Under the pieces are notes generated by a model. It saw only the letters and a program-made list of their open reading frames with translations. It searched no databases and was not told the DNA's origin. From sequence record ON081052: a stretch of DNA of 46,054 bases; one strand, given 5' to 3'. Source of the DNA: Escherichia phage vB_EcoS_SCS31. Shown piece by piece: positions 9,398 through 18,089 of this stretch (position 1 is its first letter; each line of letters begins with the position of its first letter). The position numbers were made by a program, and so were the translations under genes.

Positions 9398-9421
9398 AAC
9401 CCGCTTCGGCGGGTTTTTTAT
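9398..9421 (+). terminator. rho-independent terminator
   Basis: Hairpin ACCCGCTTCGGCGGGT + T-run. Confidence 0.6.
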
Positions 9422-9438
9422 TGCCTATCATCTCATCA

Positions 9439-9466
9439 TTGCGTGGTCTAAAAACTCGTGTATAAT
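9439..9466 (+). promoter_or_regulatory. sigma70-like promoter (TTGCGT-N16-TGTATAAT) upstream of capsid gene
   Basis: -35/-10 hexamers read directly. Confidence 0.45.
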
Positions 9467-9504
9467 GAACCCGTAGACACCTAAATGAAAAGGAACAATA
9501 AAGA

Positions 9505-10449
9505 ATGGCCATTAAATTTGATGCAGAACAAGCAAAAATCACCGCTCACCTCGAGCAAATGGGCGTAGAGAAAGCTGATGCCGCTGGTATCTGGACCGTT
9601 AAGCAGCTTACGGCTACTCTGAATCGCGCTTACGAAAAAGAATATGCGGACAACTCCGTTGTTAATATCTTCCCTGTAACCAATGAAATTCCTGGTCACG
9701 CGAAGTATTTCGAATATCCAGAATTTGATGGCGTTGGTATTGCTCAGATTATCGCTGATTACTCTGACGACCTGCCGCTGGTTGATGCTTTCATGACCGA
9801 GAAACAAGGCAAAGTTTTCCGTTTCGGTAACGCATTCCTGATTTCTACCGATGAAATTAAAGCTGGCGCCGCAACTGGTCAGTCTCTGTCAACTCGCAAA
9901 CAGGCTCTGGCTTTCGAAGCGCACGACAACCTGCTGGATAAACTGGTTTGGTCTGGTTCCACTCCTCACGGTATCGTAAGCGTATTCGATCAGCCTAACA
10001 TCAACAACGTTGTTGCAACGCCAAGCTGGAGCGAGCCGCTTAACGCAATCAATGACGTAACCGCGATGATTGATGCAGTTGAGACTTCAACTCAGGGTAT
10101 CCATCATGTGACTGATATTCTGCTTCCGGCATCCTCTCGTCGAGTAATGCAGCGCCTGGTTCCGAACACAACCCTGAGCTATGGTGAGTTGTTCACTCGT
10201 AACAACCCTGGCCTGACTATTCGTTTCCTGCAGTTCCTGGATAACTACGATGGCGCAGGTGGTAAAGCCGCTCTGGCGTTTGAGAAAAACCCGCTGAACA
10301 TGTCTATCGAGATTCCAGAAGCTACAAATGTACTTCCTGGTCAACCGAAAGATTTGCACTTTAAGTACCCGGTAACTTCTAAAGCGACAGGTTTGATTGT
10401 TTATCGTCCTCTTACGATGGCTGTAATCAAAGGAATCACCTTCGCGTAA
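9505..10449 (+). CDS. major capsid protein (putative)
   Basis: 314-aa ORF with strong RBS, flanked by terminators (high-expression context); position in head module. Confidence 0.7.
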   Translation: MAIKFDAEQAKITAHLEQMGVEKADAAGIWTVKQLTATLNRAYEKEYADNSVVNIFPVTNEIPGHAKYFEYPEFDGVGIAQIIADYSDDLPLVDAFMTEKQGKVFRFGNAFLISTDEIKAGAATGQSLSTRKQALAFEAHDNLLDKLVWSGSTPHGIVSVFDQPNINNVVATPSWSEPLNAINDVTAMIDAVETSTQGIHHVTDILLPASSRRVMQRLVPNTTLSYGELFTRNNPGLTIRFLQFLDNYDGAGGKAALAFEKNPLNMSIEIPEATNVLPGQPKDLHFKYPVTSKATGLIVYRPLTMAVIKGITFA

Positions 10450-10454
10450 TAAAT

Positions 10455-10478
10455 CGCCCTCTTCGGAGGGCTTTTTTA
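10455..10478 (+). terminator. rho-independent terminator
   Basis: Hairpin GCCCTCTTCGGAGGGC + T-run. Confidence 0.6.
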
Positions 10479-10541
10479 CGTCTGTACCAAATGGATTTGT
10501 TCGGTTATAATCACTCAATCAGATAAACAAAGGAGAAAAAA

Positions 10542-10787
10542 ATGATTCGTTTAGAACATACAGGCGCTTGCCTTATCGTTTACAAAGGTGAGAAATATTT
10601 ACCTGGCGACGCTTTCGAGGTTGATGTAATTTGTGACGGTCTTAAGCGCTTAATCGCAGAGGGTAAACTCACCATTGAAGGTGATGCTAAAGCAACAAAA
10701 CAGATCGCGCAAGAAGTTGTTAGCAAGAAAAAGCGCAAAGAACCGAAAACCATCTCCGAAGCTGAGACTGGTAACGAGTACAAATAA
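10542..10787 (+). CDS. hypothetical structural protein (81 aa)
   Basis: ORF track; strong RBS AAGGAGAAA; between two terminators. Confidence 0.3.
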   Translation: MIRLEHTGACLIVYKGEKYLPGDAFEVDVICDGLKRLIAEGKLTIEGDAKATKQIAQEVVSKKKRKEPKTISEAETGNEYK

Positions 10788-10792
10788 TAAAC

Positions 10793-10815
10793 AGGGCGCT
10801 TCGGCGTCCTTTATT
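10793..10815 (+). terminator. weak terminator-like hairpin
   Basis: GGGCGCTTCGGCGTCC + TTTATT. Confidence 0.35.
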
Positions 10816-11230
10816 GTATGGAGGTAACATGAATGATGCAATTTTGGCGTTTATGCGCTCGCTTGTTCCGGCGCTCAAGGCGGTGGATGACGAATCAATT
10901 AATGTATGGATTGATTTGGCGCGCCTCTACGTATGTGAGAGTAAGTTTGGAGCAGATGATGACAATGCGCTCGGGCTTTATGCGCTACACCTGATGCTCG
11001 CTGATGGCGCATTTAAGGGAGAGAATGAAGGACTGGAAACATACAGCCGTAGAATGGCAAGTTATTCACTGAGCGGTGAATTCTCTATCACCTATGATAA
11101 CCAATCAGCAATCCAGGGTGATTTATCATCTTCCTCCTGGGGTCGTATGTACAAAGCACTACTCCGCAAGAAAGGTGGCGGCTTTGGATTGATTACTTCC
11201 GCTGGTGGCGGTGGGTGCGGTTGCCGATGA
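10814..11230 (+). CDS. head-tail connector protein (putative)
   Basis: Position between capsid and major tail genes. Confidence 0.3.
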   Translation: MYGGNMNDAILAFMRSLVPALKAVDDESINVWIDLARLYVCESKFGADDDNALGLYALHLMLADGAFKGENEGLETYSRRMASYSLSGEFSITYDNQSAIQGDLSSSSWGRMYKALLRKKGGGFGLITSAGGGGCGCR

Positions 11231-11598
11231 ACTACAGCGAAATAGAATCAATTACTCGCGCTGGCATTAACTTCTTTAGTGATGCCAATGGCGTTTACGA
11301 GATGAGTACTGGCGCTGGATATGTTGAAATCGTTAACGGCGTTGAAGTAGAAGTGCCAGCGCAAACATTCCAGCTAAAAGGCTTGGTGCGAGAAATCAAG
11401 ACGCGCGATATTGATGGTGAGTTTATCCAGTTTGGCGATAAGCGCGGAATCTTCACAGCCCAGGTAGAAATCGAACAGGGTTATCAGATTAAAGTTGATG
11501 GTGAGACTTTTGTTGTTGTTGATCCTTGCCCTGTAAAGCCAACTGGTACGGTTGTTGGCTACAGGCCGATTCTTCGTAGGGTGGCTACTTATGGCTAG
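11215..11598 (+). CDS. head-tail joining protein (putative)
   Basis: Position; overlapping starts suggest translational coupling. Confidence 0.3.
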   Translation: MRLPMNYSEIESITRAGINFFSDANGVYEMSTGAGYVEIVNGVEVEVPAQTFQLKGLVREIKTRDIDGEFIQFGDKRGIFTAQVEIEQGYQIKVDGETFVVVDPCPVKPTGTVVGYRPILRRVATYG

Positions 11599-12028
11599 AA
11601 ATATTGGAAGCGTGGCTACTTTTGAGAAATCTATTGCTGACTGGATTAACAGAGCAGATAAGGGATTTGAAATTGTAGTCGCCAACACGGTTACCAAGAC
11701 AGCCAACGCAATTGTGGACTTATTCCCAGTTGACACTGGCAGGTTCAAAGCCAACTGGCAAATCACTGCAAACTCTCCAGCTCAGCAGTCAGTAATTGAC
11801 TACGATAAGACTCGGGACCAGACAAAAAGGGCACTCGCAAGACAGGCTAGAGCAGTGGCTAGAGCAAATGGAACGAAAGTTATTTACATAACAAACAGGC
11901 TTGACTACTCAATCCACCTTGAGTATGGCGGCTCAGGCCAAGCGCCAACTGGCATTTTAGGATTGTTGCAAGCAGGCTTGGTCAGATACTTCCAGGAAGC
12001 GGTAGAGGAGGCTAAACGTGCACTATGA
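11591..12028 (+). CDS. head-tail joining protein (putative)
   Basis: In-frame ATG 11591 overlapping upstream stop; position. Confidence 0.3.
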   Translation: MARNIGSVATFEKSIADWINRADKGFEIVVANTVTKTANAIVDLFPVDTGRFKANWQITANSPAQQSVIDYDKTRDQTKRALARQARAVARANGTKVIYITNRLDYSIHLEYGGSGQAPTGILGLLQAGLVRYFQEAVEEAKRAL

Positions 12029-12419
12029 ATTATCTATAGCTGCCAGAAAATATGTTAATGACTTGCTGGTTAACAACTTCCCTGTCAGGTATCCAGTATC
12101 TTGGGAAAACTGTTGCTTTACTCCTCCAGCAGATGGCTCTATCTGGCTAAAGTATGACTATATCGAGGTTGACACTGTGACCTACAGTCTTAGCAGAAAG
12201 TGCAAATACTATGTAGGCATGGTGCAGATTTCTGTTTTCTTCAGCCCCGGCACTGGCATTGATAAGCCGAGACAAATCGCTAATCAATTGGCAGAATCAA
12301 TCGTTGATGGTACAATGCTTGACAGCGGGACCATTTATGAGTCTGGAGTTGTTAACCCGGTTATCAAATCCAAGTCTGGGTGGTTTATCCCGGTTCATTT
12401 TTATGTTCGTCTAGACTAA
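12018..12419 (+). CDS. tail completion protein (putative)
   Basis: Position immediately upstream of major tail gene. Confidence 0.3.
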   Translation: MHYELSIAARKYVNDLLVNNFPVRYPVSWENCCFTPPADGSIWLKYDYIEVDTVTYSLSRKCKYYVGMVQISVFFSPGTGIDKPRQIANQLAESIVDGTMLDSGTIYESGVVNPVIKSKSGWFIPVHFYVRLD

Positions 12420-12428
12420 ATAAATGAA

Positions 12429-13091
12429 ATGTATATGGCTCATTTCATCAATGGCACGCAGGTCTTCGTAGAAGGCTCTCGCGGAGCTGCAATTGACGTA
12501 ACTGCAATTTCTAACGCAGCTACCCCTGTTTTAACTGTATCTAGCGCGTCTAGCTTGGCTAAGGGTGACTACCTTCTGTTTACTTCCTCAGCTTCCACTC
12601 TTCTGGCTGACAAACAAGTACGAGTAACTGAAGTTTCTGGCACTTCGGTAACGGTTGAAGGTATTGATACCTCCAGCACCACCAAGTTCCCAGCTGGCTT
12701 AACTGGTGAAGTTGTTAAAATTACTTCATGGTTCGAAGTTCCGTGTGTTCAGGACGTTTCTACTGACGGCGGCGAACAGCAGTTCGTTAACTTCCAGTGC
12801 CTTTCTGATGACCGTGAACAGCAGATTCCGACTTATAAATCTGCCGTAACAAACACATTTACCTTTGCTCATGAGTACACTAACCCGGTTTATCCGGTTC
12901 TGCGTAACTACGATGAGTCTGGCCAGGTTGTTGCAATTCGCCTGTTCGTACCTCGCGCTCAGGAAATGCGTTTGCAGTCAGGCACTATCGCTTTCAACGA
13001 CACCCCTACCATTGGTGTTAACGAAATTGAAACGGTATCAATCGCGGTGTCAATTCGTGGTAGACTGTCATCTGTGGCAGCTGAAGTTTAA
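12429..13091 (+). CDS. major tail protein (putative)
   Basis: 220-aa Ser/Thr/Val-rich ORF followed by strong terminator; lambda V position. Confidence 0.5.
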   Translation: MYMAHFINGTQVFVEGSRGAAIDVTAISNAATPVLTVSSASSLAKGDYLLFTSSASTLLADKQVRVTEVSGTSVTVEGIDTSSTTKFPAGLTGEVVKITSWFEVPCVQDVSTDGGEQQFVNFQCLSDDREQQIPTYKSAVTNTFTFAHEYTNPVYPVLRNYDESGQVVAIRLFVPRAQEMRLQSGTIAFNDTPTIGVNEIETVSIAVSIRGRLSSVAAEV

Positions 13092-13098
13092 GACACAA

Positions 13099-13121
13099 AC
13101 CCTCTTCGGAGGGTTTTTTTA
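13099..13121 (+). terminator. rho-independent terminator
   Basis: Hairpin AACCCTCTTCGGAGGGTT + T7. Confidence 0.65.
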
Positions 13122-13124
13122 TTG

Positions 13125-13172
13125 ATAGCACTTTTTGCTAAAGAATTAATATCAATCTTCTGTATAGTTAAC
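13125..13172 (+). promoter_or_regulatory. phage promoter, palindromic motif class
   Basis: ATAGCACTTTTTGCTAAA ... TGTATAGTTAAC ... CATCGAAACGAAA. Confidence 0.5.
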
Positions 13173-13200
13173 TCATCGAAACGAAATGAGAGATTAAGAA

Positions 13201-13467
13201 ATGAATAGTAAGTTAGAAGTATTATCCGCACTTCGCGGCCCTATTTGTGTAGCTGCGCTGGTTGCCTTTTATGCAGCAGTTCAGATTATCAACCCAACAA
13301 GAGCGGAAACAGCAAACTCTGACGCGGCAAAATACAATTCGGTTTTCTCTGAGCACAAGGCAATCTGCGAGAAGGCTTCTGGTAGCAAGATTGATCAGGT
13401 TCTGAAGTATGGCAAGGAAATCTGCGTAGATATCGCGCACGACATTGCAAAAGAAAACACTAAGTAA
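13201..13467 (+). CDS. hypothetical moron protein with N-terminal hydrophobic/signal-like segment (88 aa)
   Basis: Own promoter copy; N-terminus ALVAFYAAVQIINPTRAETA hydrophobic; inserted between major tail and chaperone genes. Confidence 0.4.
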   Translation: MNSKLEVLSALRGPICVAALVAFYAAVQIINPTRAETANSDAAKYNSVFSEHKAICEKASGSKIDQVLKYGKEICVDIAHDIAKENTK

Positions 13468-13503
13468 TAGAATAATCATACTCTAAAAAAGGGGATCAAC
13501 AAA

Positions 13504-13818
13504 ATGGCTAAATTCAAACTTTCACTGGCGGCACTTCCTGACTTTAAGCTGCCTGTAAAATTCAAGCTGGCTAACGACCAGGATGTAGAGGTTATCTTTA
13601 CAGTCAAGCATAAGAAAACATCTGAGTTGCAGGAATTGCTTAGCAAGGAGGATTTGAGCACCAAAGAGCTTATCATGGCAATTGCCTCTGATTGGGACTT
13701 GGAGGAGGAATACAACGAGGATAACGTTAATGAGTTCTCAGACCTTTTCCCTTCCTCAACAGTTGCGCTTACTACCGCTTATATGCAAGCACTGGCTGGT
13801 CAGCGAGTAAAAAACTAA
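13504..13818 (+). CDS. tail assembly chaperone (lambda G-like)
   Basis: 104-aa acidic ORF just upstream of tape measure gene; ends at slippery heptamer. Confidence 0.55.
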   Translation: MAKFKLSLAALPDFKLPVKFKLANDQDVEVIFTVKHKKTSELQELLSKEDLSTKELIMAIASDWDLEEEYNEDNVNEFSDLFPSSTVALTTAYMQALAGQRVKN

Positions 13819-14138
13819 AGAGGGCGGTGTATCTACAGTACCAGTCAGAGCCAACTGATGCAGAACTGGAAGCTATTGGGATGCGCCGCTCTGATTACGA
13901 AGACGAAGAGCCCGAGATTTTACACTTCGACGACAATATGATGAAGGCGTGGGACATTTATTGTTCAATGGCTACACAGTGGCGAGTCGGAGCTAACGGA
14001 GCTACAGGCCTAGATTACAACGTGCTAAATTTCCTCTTTAGAGTGTATAATGTTTCTGAAGAAGAATTGGTACTCAGCGATTTACGCATCCTTGAAGCTA
14101 AGGCTCTAGAGATGATGGATAACCTGAGAAAAAAATAA
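13504..14138 (+). CDS. tail assembly chaperone GT-like frameshift fusion product
   Basis: Joining 13504-13815 with the -1 frame through 14138; conserved strategy in lambda-like tail modules. Confidence 0.5.
13809..13815 (+). other. -1 programmed ribosomal frameshift slippery heptamer A_AAA_AAC
   Basis: Heptamer in zero frame of 13504-13818 (codons AAA AAC then TAA); -1 frame continues into ORF 13827-14138, which has no ATG of its own. Confidence 0.6.
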
Positions 14139-14158
14139 CCCGCTTCGGCGGGTTTTCT
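14138..14158 (+). terminator. terminator-like hairpin
   Basis: ACCCGCTTCGGCGGGT + TTTTCT. Confidence 0.45.
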
Positions 14159-14173
14159 ATTATGGAGGCTTAG

Positions 14174-17152
14174 ATGGCAACAAATGAATTAGCCGGAATC
14201 ACACTAGCCGTAGACGTATCGCAGGTAGACAGGGGTACGCAATCACTACAGAAGTTCAGACAGGCCAACCAACAGGCTGCTTCTGGGATTAGTGAGTTCG
14301 TCAATGCTGAGCAGGTAGCAAAGACCCAGGCCAGAGACACGGCTCGTGCACTGGCTGAACAGCAAGCATCTTTAGCTAAATTGCAAACGGCCATTGACCC
14401 AACTGCGGCAAAGTTCCGTAAGCTGCAAGACGCAGCTGTAGGACTGGACAAGGCTTTCGCGGCTGGAGTGGTTCCTGATGAGGAGTTCTTCCGGTTAGGT
14501 GAGGCACTTGAAACGCAGAACGCAAAACTTGCTCGTTCACGTGCTGCGCTAACTGAAGAGGGGAGGGCAGCTGCACAGGCTGCAAAGGATAAGGCAAAAG
14601 CAAAGGCTGAGGCGGATAGGTTTATCGCATCACTTGAGCGACAGGCTCAAGCAGCGACATTGACGCGAGAGGAGTACCTAAAGTTACAAGCGGCCCAGCT
14701 TGGCGTTAGTTCTCAGGCTGCACCCATAATTGACAGAATAGCCGACGCATCACAGAAGGCAAACACGCAGCTAATTGCTCAGAGCAAGGCTTTTCAGAAA
14801 TCAGGATTAAGCGCCGGGCAATACAAGAATGCCATATCTCAACTACCAGCGCAGATTACTGATATTGGCACGTCGCTTGCTGGCGGGATTCCGATTTGGC
14901 TTATTGCAATTCAGCAAGGTGGTCAAATTAAGGATGCTTTTGGTGGTATTGGCAACACCTTTAGATTCGCGCTTGCAGCCTTAAACCCATTCAATGTAGC
15001 TGTTGGTGTTTTGGGTGGGGCGCTTGTAGCTCTTGGTGTTGGTGCAGCTCAAGCTGAAAGTGAATTCAGAGCATTAAACTCTGCGATTGCATTCTCCAAC
15101 AATTCTACAATCGCATCAATCTCGCAGGTTAGAGAGTTGGTTAGCTCTGTTTCTGATGCTACAGGAGCCACTAGGGGGCTTGTAACTAGCATCGCAACAA
15201 GCCTTATTGAACAAGGAAACCTTACGCTAACGCAGATTGATAAGATTACTAAATCTACATCCAGATGGGCGCAGTTGACAGGTAAGGATGCGAAGGAGAT
15301 TACTGGTTACTATAATCAGATTGCGAGTGACCCAATACAGGGATTGGTTGATTTGGATAAGCGCTTTAACTTCCTCACTCAGGGGCAGTTGACGACAATT
15401 GAAAACCTTAGGAAGACAAAGGGAGAAGTTGAGGCTGTAACTGCTGCTATTGATATCTTTAGTAAGTCACAGGAAGCCAACCTTAACGACATTGCAGCTC
15501 AATTGACGCCGCTTGAATTGGCATGGAATGATTTAAGAAAGTACATTTCTGATATCTGGGATGCAATTAGTCGCAGAACGGTTGGGGCGCTGAACCTGTT
15601 TGTTGATGTAATCGCCGGAACGATTGAACAGATCAGAGTATTCATTAACCAGGGTGACGTGCTGATTGGTGAATTCGTAATTAGCGCAACCCAGGCATTG
15701 CAGAACATCCCTGGCCTTGATGGTGTTGGTGATGATGTTATCAAGGGTCAGCAGAAGATTATCGATGCTGCCAAGAAGCAAAACCTTGAGCTAGAGAAGT
15801 CTATCAAGGAGCGAGATGCCAGAATTAGAGAGGGAGAACTTGGTTACGTTACTCGCAGGGAAAATAAGAATACCAATGAGCAATCAGGGACTGATGAGGA
15901 ATTTGCAAAAAGGAAGAAGGCACTTCATGATGAACTTGACGCGATCAAGAAGAACAGGAAAGAGGAAAATGGGAGGGTTAAGGAGCAAAGGGATCTAACA
16001 ATAGGTTATGAATCTGGCGTGCTGGCACTTCAGGCTCAACTCAAGGTGCTTCAGGAAAACAAGGATATCGGCGTAGTAATAAGCAATGAGCGCAAGCAGT
16101 ATCTTCAGGAGGTTGCCAAATTCCAGATTCTTGAGCAAAGACAACGTGATGGCTCGATAAAAAAAGAGCAGGCAAGACTCCTCGTTGAAAAGGATAAGGT
16201 TCTTGAGTTAGCCAGACAGAAAGCTGAGTTAGGCGATCAGATTGCTTTGCAGGAACGTGCCAATAAGTTAGCTGAAGATAACCGCAAGAAGATTCTTCAG
16301 ATTAACAATGAGGCAAGTAACATCGACTTGGGCGCTGGGTTATCATCTCGTGAGCAGCAGAGACTTAAAGAGATACAGGCTCTCAAATCCAATCAGGAAA
16401 ACGCTGGTGGTTCTCTTGATGATGTAGATTTCCAGCAATTACTGGAAGCAAGAAAGCAATTCTACAAGGATGAGGATAATCTCAGAGCAAACTGGCAATC
16501 CGGCGTACCAATCACTCTTGCCGACTGGGCTGAGAAGCGCACGGACTGCATCCAGATCGCTGAAGATTTAACACAACCGTCATTTGAAGGCATTACCGAC
16601 CAGATTACAAACCTTGTAACCACTGGCGAAACAAACTTCAGGGAGTTTACTGTTAGCATACTGAAGCAGATTGCTAAGATTGCAACCCAACTTCTTATTG
16701 TTAAGGCTATTGAGTCTAGCTTAAGTAGCTTTGGCGGAACTGGAGGTAACGCTATTGGTTCAATTGCTTCAGGTCTTGGTTTCGCTGGTGGCGGTTACAC
16801 TGGTGATGGTGGAAAATATCAGCCAGCAGGAACAGTACACCGCGGTGAGTTTGTATTCACAAAAGAAGCGACTAGCAGAATCGGCGTGAAAAACCTTTAC
16901 GCGCTAATGAAGGGATACGCAAACGGCGGCGCTGTAGGTGGTCCATCTGGTTATGCAAATGGCGGTTTGGTTTCTGGTGGAACAGATGTTAATGTTAGCG
17001 GCATCACTGTTAACGTAAACTCTGGTGTAGGTAGCGATCCGGAACAAGCTAAAGCGTTGCAGAGCGGAGTCAAGGCTATCGTAGCCGAAGAGATCGCTCA
17101 GTCTTTCCAGCAGGGTGGCAGGGCGTATGCCTATTTGAGAGGTTTTAACTAA
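14174..17152 (+). CDS. tail tape measure protein
   Basis: 992 aa, long Ala/Gln/Lys-rich helical regions, Gly-rich C-terminus; follows chaperone genes. Confidence 0.85.
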   Translation: MATNELAGITLAVDVSQVDRGTQSLQKFRQANQQAASGISEFVNAEQVAKTQARDTARALAEQQASLAKLQTAIDPTAAKFRKLQDAAVGLDKAFAAGVVPDEEFFRLGEALETQNAKLARSRAALTEEGRAAAQAAKDKAKAKAEADRFIASLERQAQAATLTREEYLKLQAAQLGVSSQAAPIIDRIADASQKANTQLIAQSKAFQKSGLSAGQYKNAISQLPAQITDIGTSLAGGIPIWLIAIQQGGQIKDAFGGIGNTFRFALAALNPFNVAVGVLGGALVALGVGAAQAESEFRALNSAIAFSNNSTIASISQVRELVSSVSDATGATRGLVTSIATSLIEQGNLTLTQIDKITKSTSRWAQLTGKDAKEITGYYNQIASDPIQGLVDLDKRFNFLTQGQLTTIENLRKTKGEVEAVTAAIDIFSKSQEANLNDIAAQLTPLELAWNDLRKYISDIWDAISRRTVGALNLFVDVIAGTIEQIRVFINQGDVLIGEFVISATQALQNIPGLDGVGDDVIKGQQKIIDAAKKQNLELEKSIKERDARIREGELGYVTRRENKNTNEQSGTDEEFAKRKKALHDELDAIKKNRKEENGRVKEQRDLTIGYESGVLALQAQLKVLQENKDIGVVISNERKQYLQEVAKFQILEQRQRDGSIKKEQARLLVEKDKVLELARQKAELGDQIALQERANKLAEDNRKKILQINNEASNIDLGAGLSSREQQRLKEIQALKSNQENAGGSLDDVDFQQLLEARKQFYKDEDNLRANWQSGVPITLADWAEKRTDCIQIAEDLTQPSFEGITDQITNLVTTGETNFREFTVSILKQIAKIATQLLIVKAIESSLSSFGGTGGNAIGSIASGLGFAGGGYTGDGGKYQPAGTVHRGEFVFTKEATSRIGVKNLYALMKGYANGGAVGGPSGYANGGLVSGGTDVNVSGITVNVNSGVGSDPEQAKALQSGVKAIVAEEIAQSFQQGGRAYAYLRGFN

Positions 17153-17196
17153 TAGCACTAAATGGTAAAGCCAAAAGGATTTGGCTTGCTATAATC
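17151..17196 (+). promoter_or_regulatory. phage promoter, degenerate palindromic motif class (AATAGCACTAAATGGTAAAG ... TATAAT)
   Basis: Motif read directly upstream of HNH gene. Confidence 0.4.
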
Positions 17197-17223
17197 AACT
17201 CATTAAAAGCATGAGGTGATAAA

Positions 17224-17721
17224 ATGAACTGGAATGATATTTTTGAGTATAGAGATGGGGTTCTTTATTGGAAGATTTCAACAAGCAACAAATCAAGAAA
17301 AAAGATTGGTGATGTTGCGGGTAATCAAATGAATGATGGATACATAATGGTTCAGGCATTTGGCAAAAGAATGCTTGCTCATAGGGTTGTTTGGGAAATG
17401 CATAATGGCAGAATAACTAATGGCATGCATATAGACCATTTAAACCACATAAGGAATGACAACAGGATAGAAAACCTAAGACTGGTGTCAAGAACAGAAA
17501 ACAACAGGAATAAATCACTGTCAAAAGTAAACAAAACAGGTGTTTCAGGAGTTAGATTAAAAGATGGGCTATTTGAGGTTTCGATAGGTGGAGAAAAAAA
17601 CAAGACTTACATAGGAAGGTTCTACACACTGGATGAGGCTAGAGCAGCAAGGAAATGCGCAGAATTTGAACTTAATTACCACAATAATCATGGGGATTGC
17701 AATGGCGATAGACACATTTAA
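17224..17721 (+). CDS. HNH homing endonuclease
   Basis: HNH core HRVVWEMHNG...HIDHLNH...RIENLRLVSRTENNRNK; paralog of 39194-39688. Confidence 0.8.
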   Translation: MNWNDIFEYRDGVLYWKISTSNKSRKKIGDVAGNQMNDGYIMVQAFGKRMLAHRVVWEMHNGRITNGMHIDHLNHIRNDNRIENLRLVSRTENNRNKSLSKVNKTGVSGVRLKDGLFEVSIGGEKNKTYIGRFYTLDEARAARKCAEFELNYHNNHGDCNGDRHI

Positions 17722-18052
17722 TTACTGCACTCAAATCCAAAATGGAGGCGGCTCGTTCTCTAATACCAACAACGTGCGAATTGTTAGCTTTGGCAATGGT
17801 TTTGAGCAAAGAGGCACTGGTGGCTATAACACAAGCGTCAGAACATACTCAATGACATACACTAACAAGGACTGGCGCGATGTGATGGATTTCTGCTTAA
17901 ACCATATCATCACTCCATTCTTCTGGACTACACCGCAGGGCGATACTTCAATGTTTGTTATTCAGCAGGATAGCATTTCAGTTACGCCAATTAGCAGCGA
18001 AGTTCAGAATGTAAACATGCAATTCGTGGAAGTATTTAGCTCAATGCGTTAA
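17690..18052 (+). CDS. minor tail protein (lambda M-like, putative)
   Basis: Position after tape measure; track ORF 17633 overlaps HNH 3' end, start uncertain (17633/17690/17702). Confidence 0.4.
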   Translation: MGIAMAIDTFNYCTQIQNGGGSFSNTNNVRIVSFGNGFEQRGTGGYNTSVRTYSMTYTNKDWRDVMDFCLNHIITPFFWTTPQGDTSMFVIQQDSISVTPISSEVQNVNMQFVEVFSSMR

Positions 18053-18055
18053 ACT

Positions 18056-18077
18056 AGGCCCCTTAGGGGCTTTTTTA
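18056..18077 (+). terminator. rho-independent terminator
   Basis: AGGCCCCTTAGGGGCT + T6. Confidence 0.6.
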
Positions 18078-18089
18078 TTGGAGAACAAT

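Noticed and set aside
9481-9807. Minus-strand ORF (108 aa) overlapping the capsid gene
   Set aside because: Lies entirely within the strongly supported capsid gene on the opposite strand; no start context.
10814-11230. Gly/Cys-rich C-terminus (GGGGCGCR) as a metal-binding or toxin motif
   Set aside because: Too short and low-complexity to interpret; likely a linker or frame overlap with the next gene.
14170-14603. Minus-strand ORFs within the tape measure gene (14170-14451, 14376-14603) and others at 15499-15781, 16462-16659, 16904-17158
   Set aside because: Embedded antisense in a long, well-supported gene; typical spurious ORFs.
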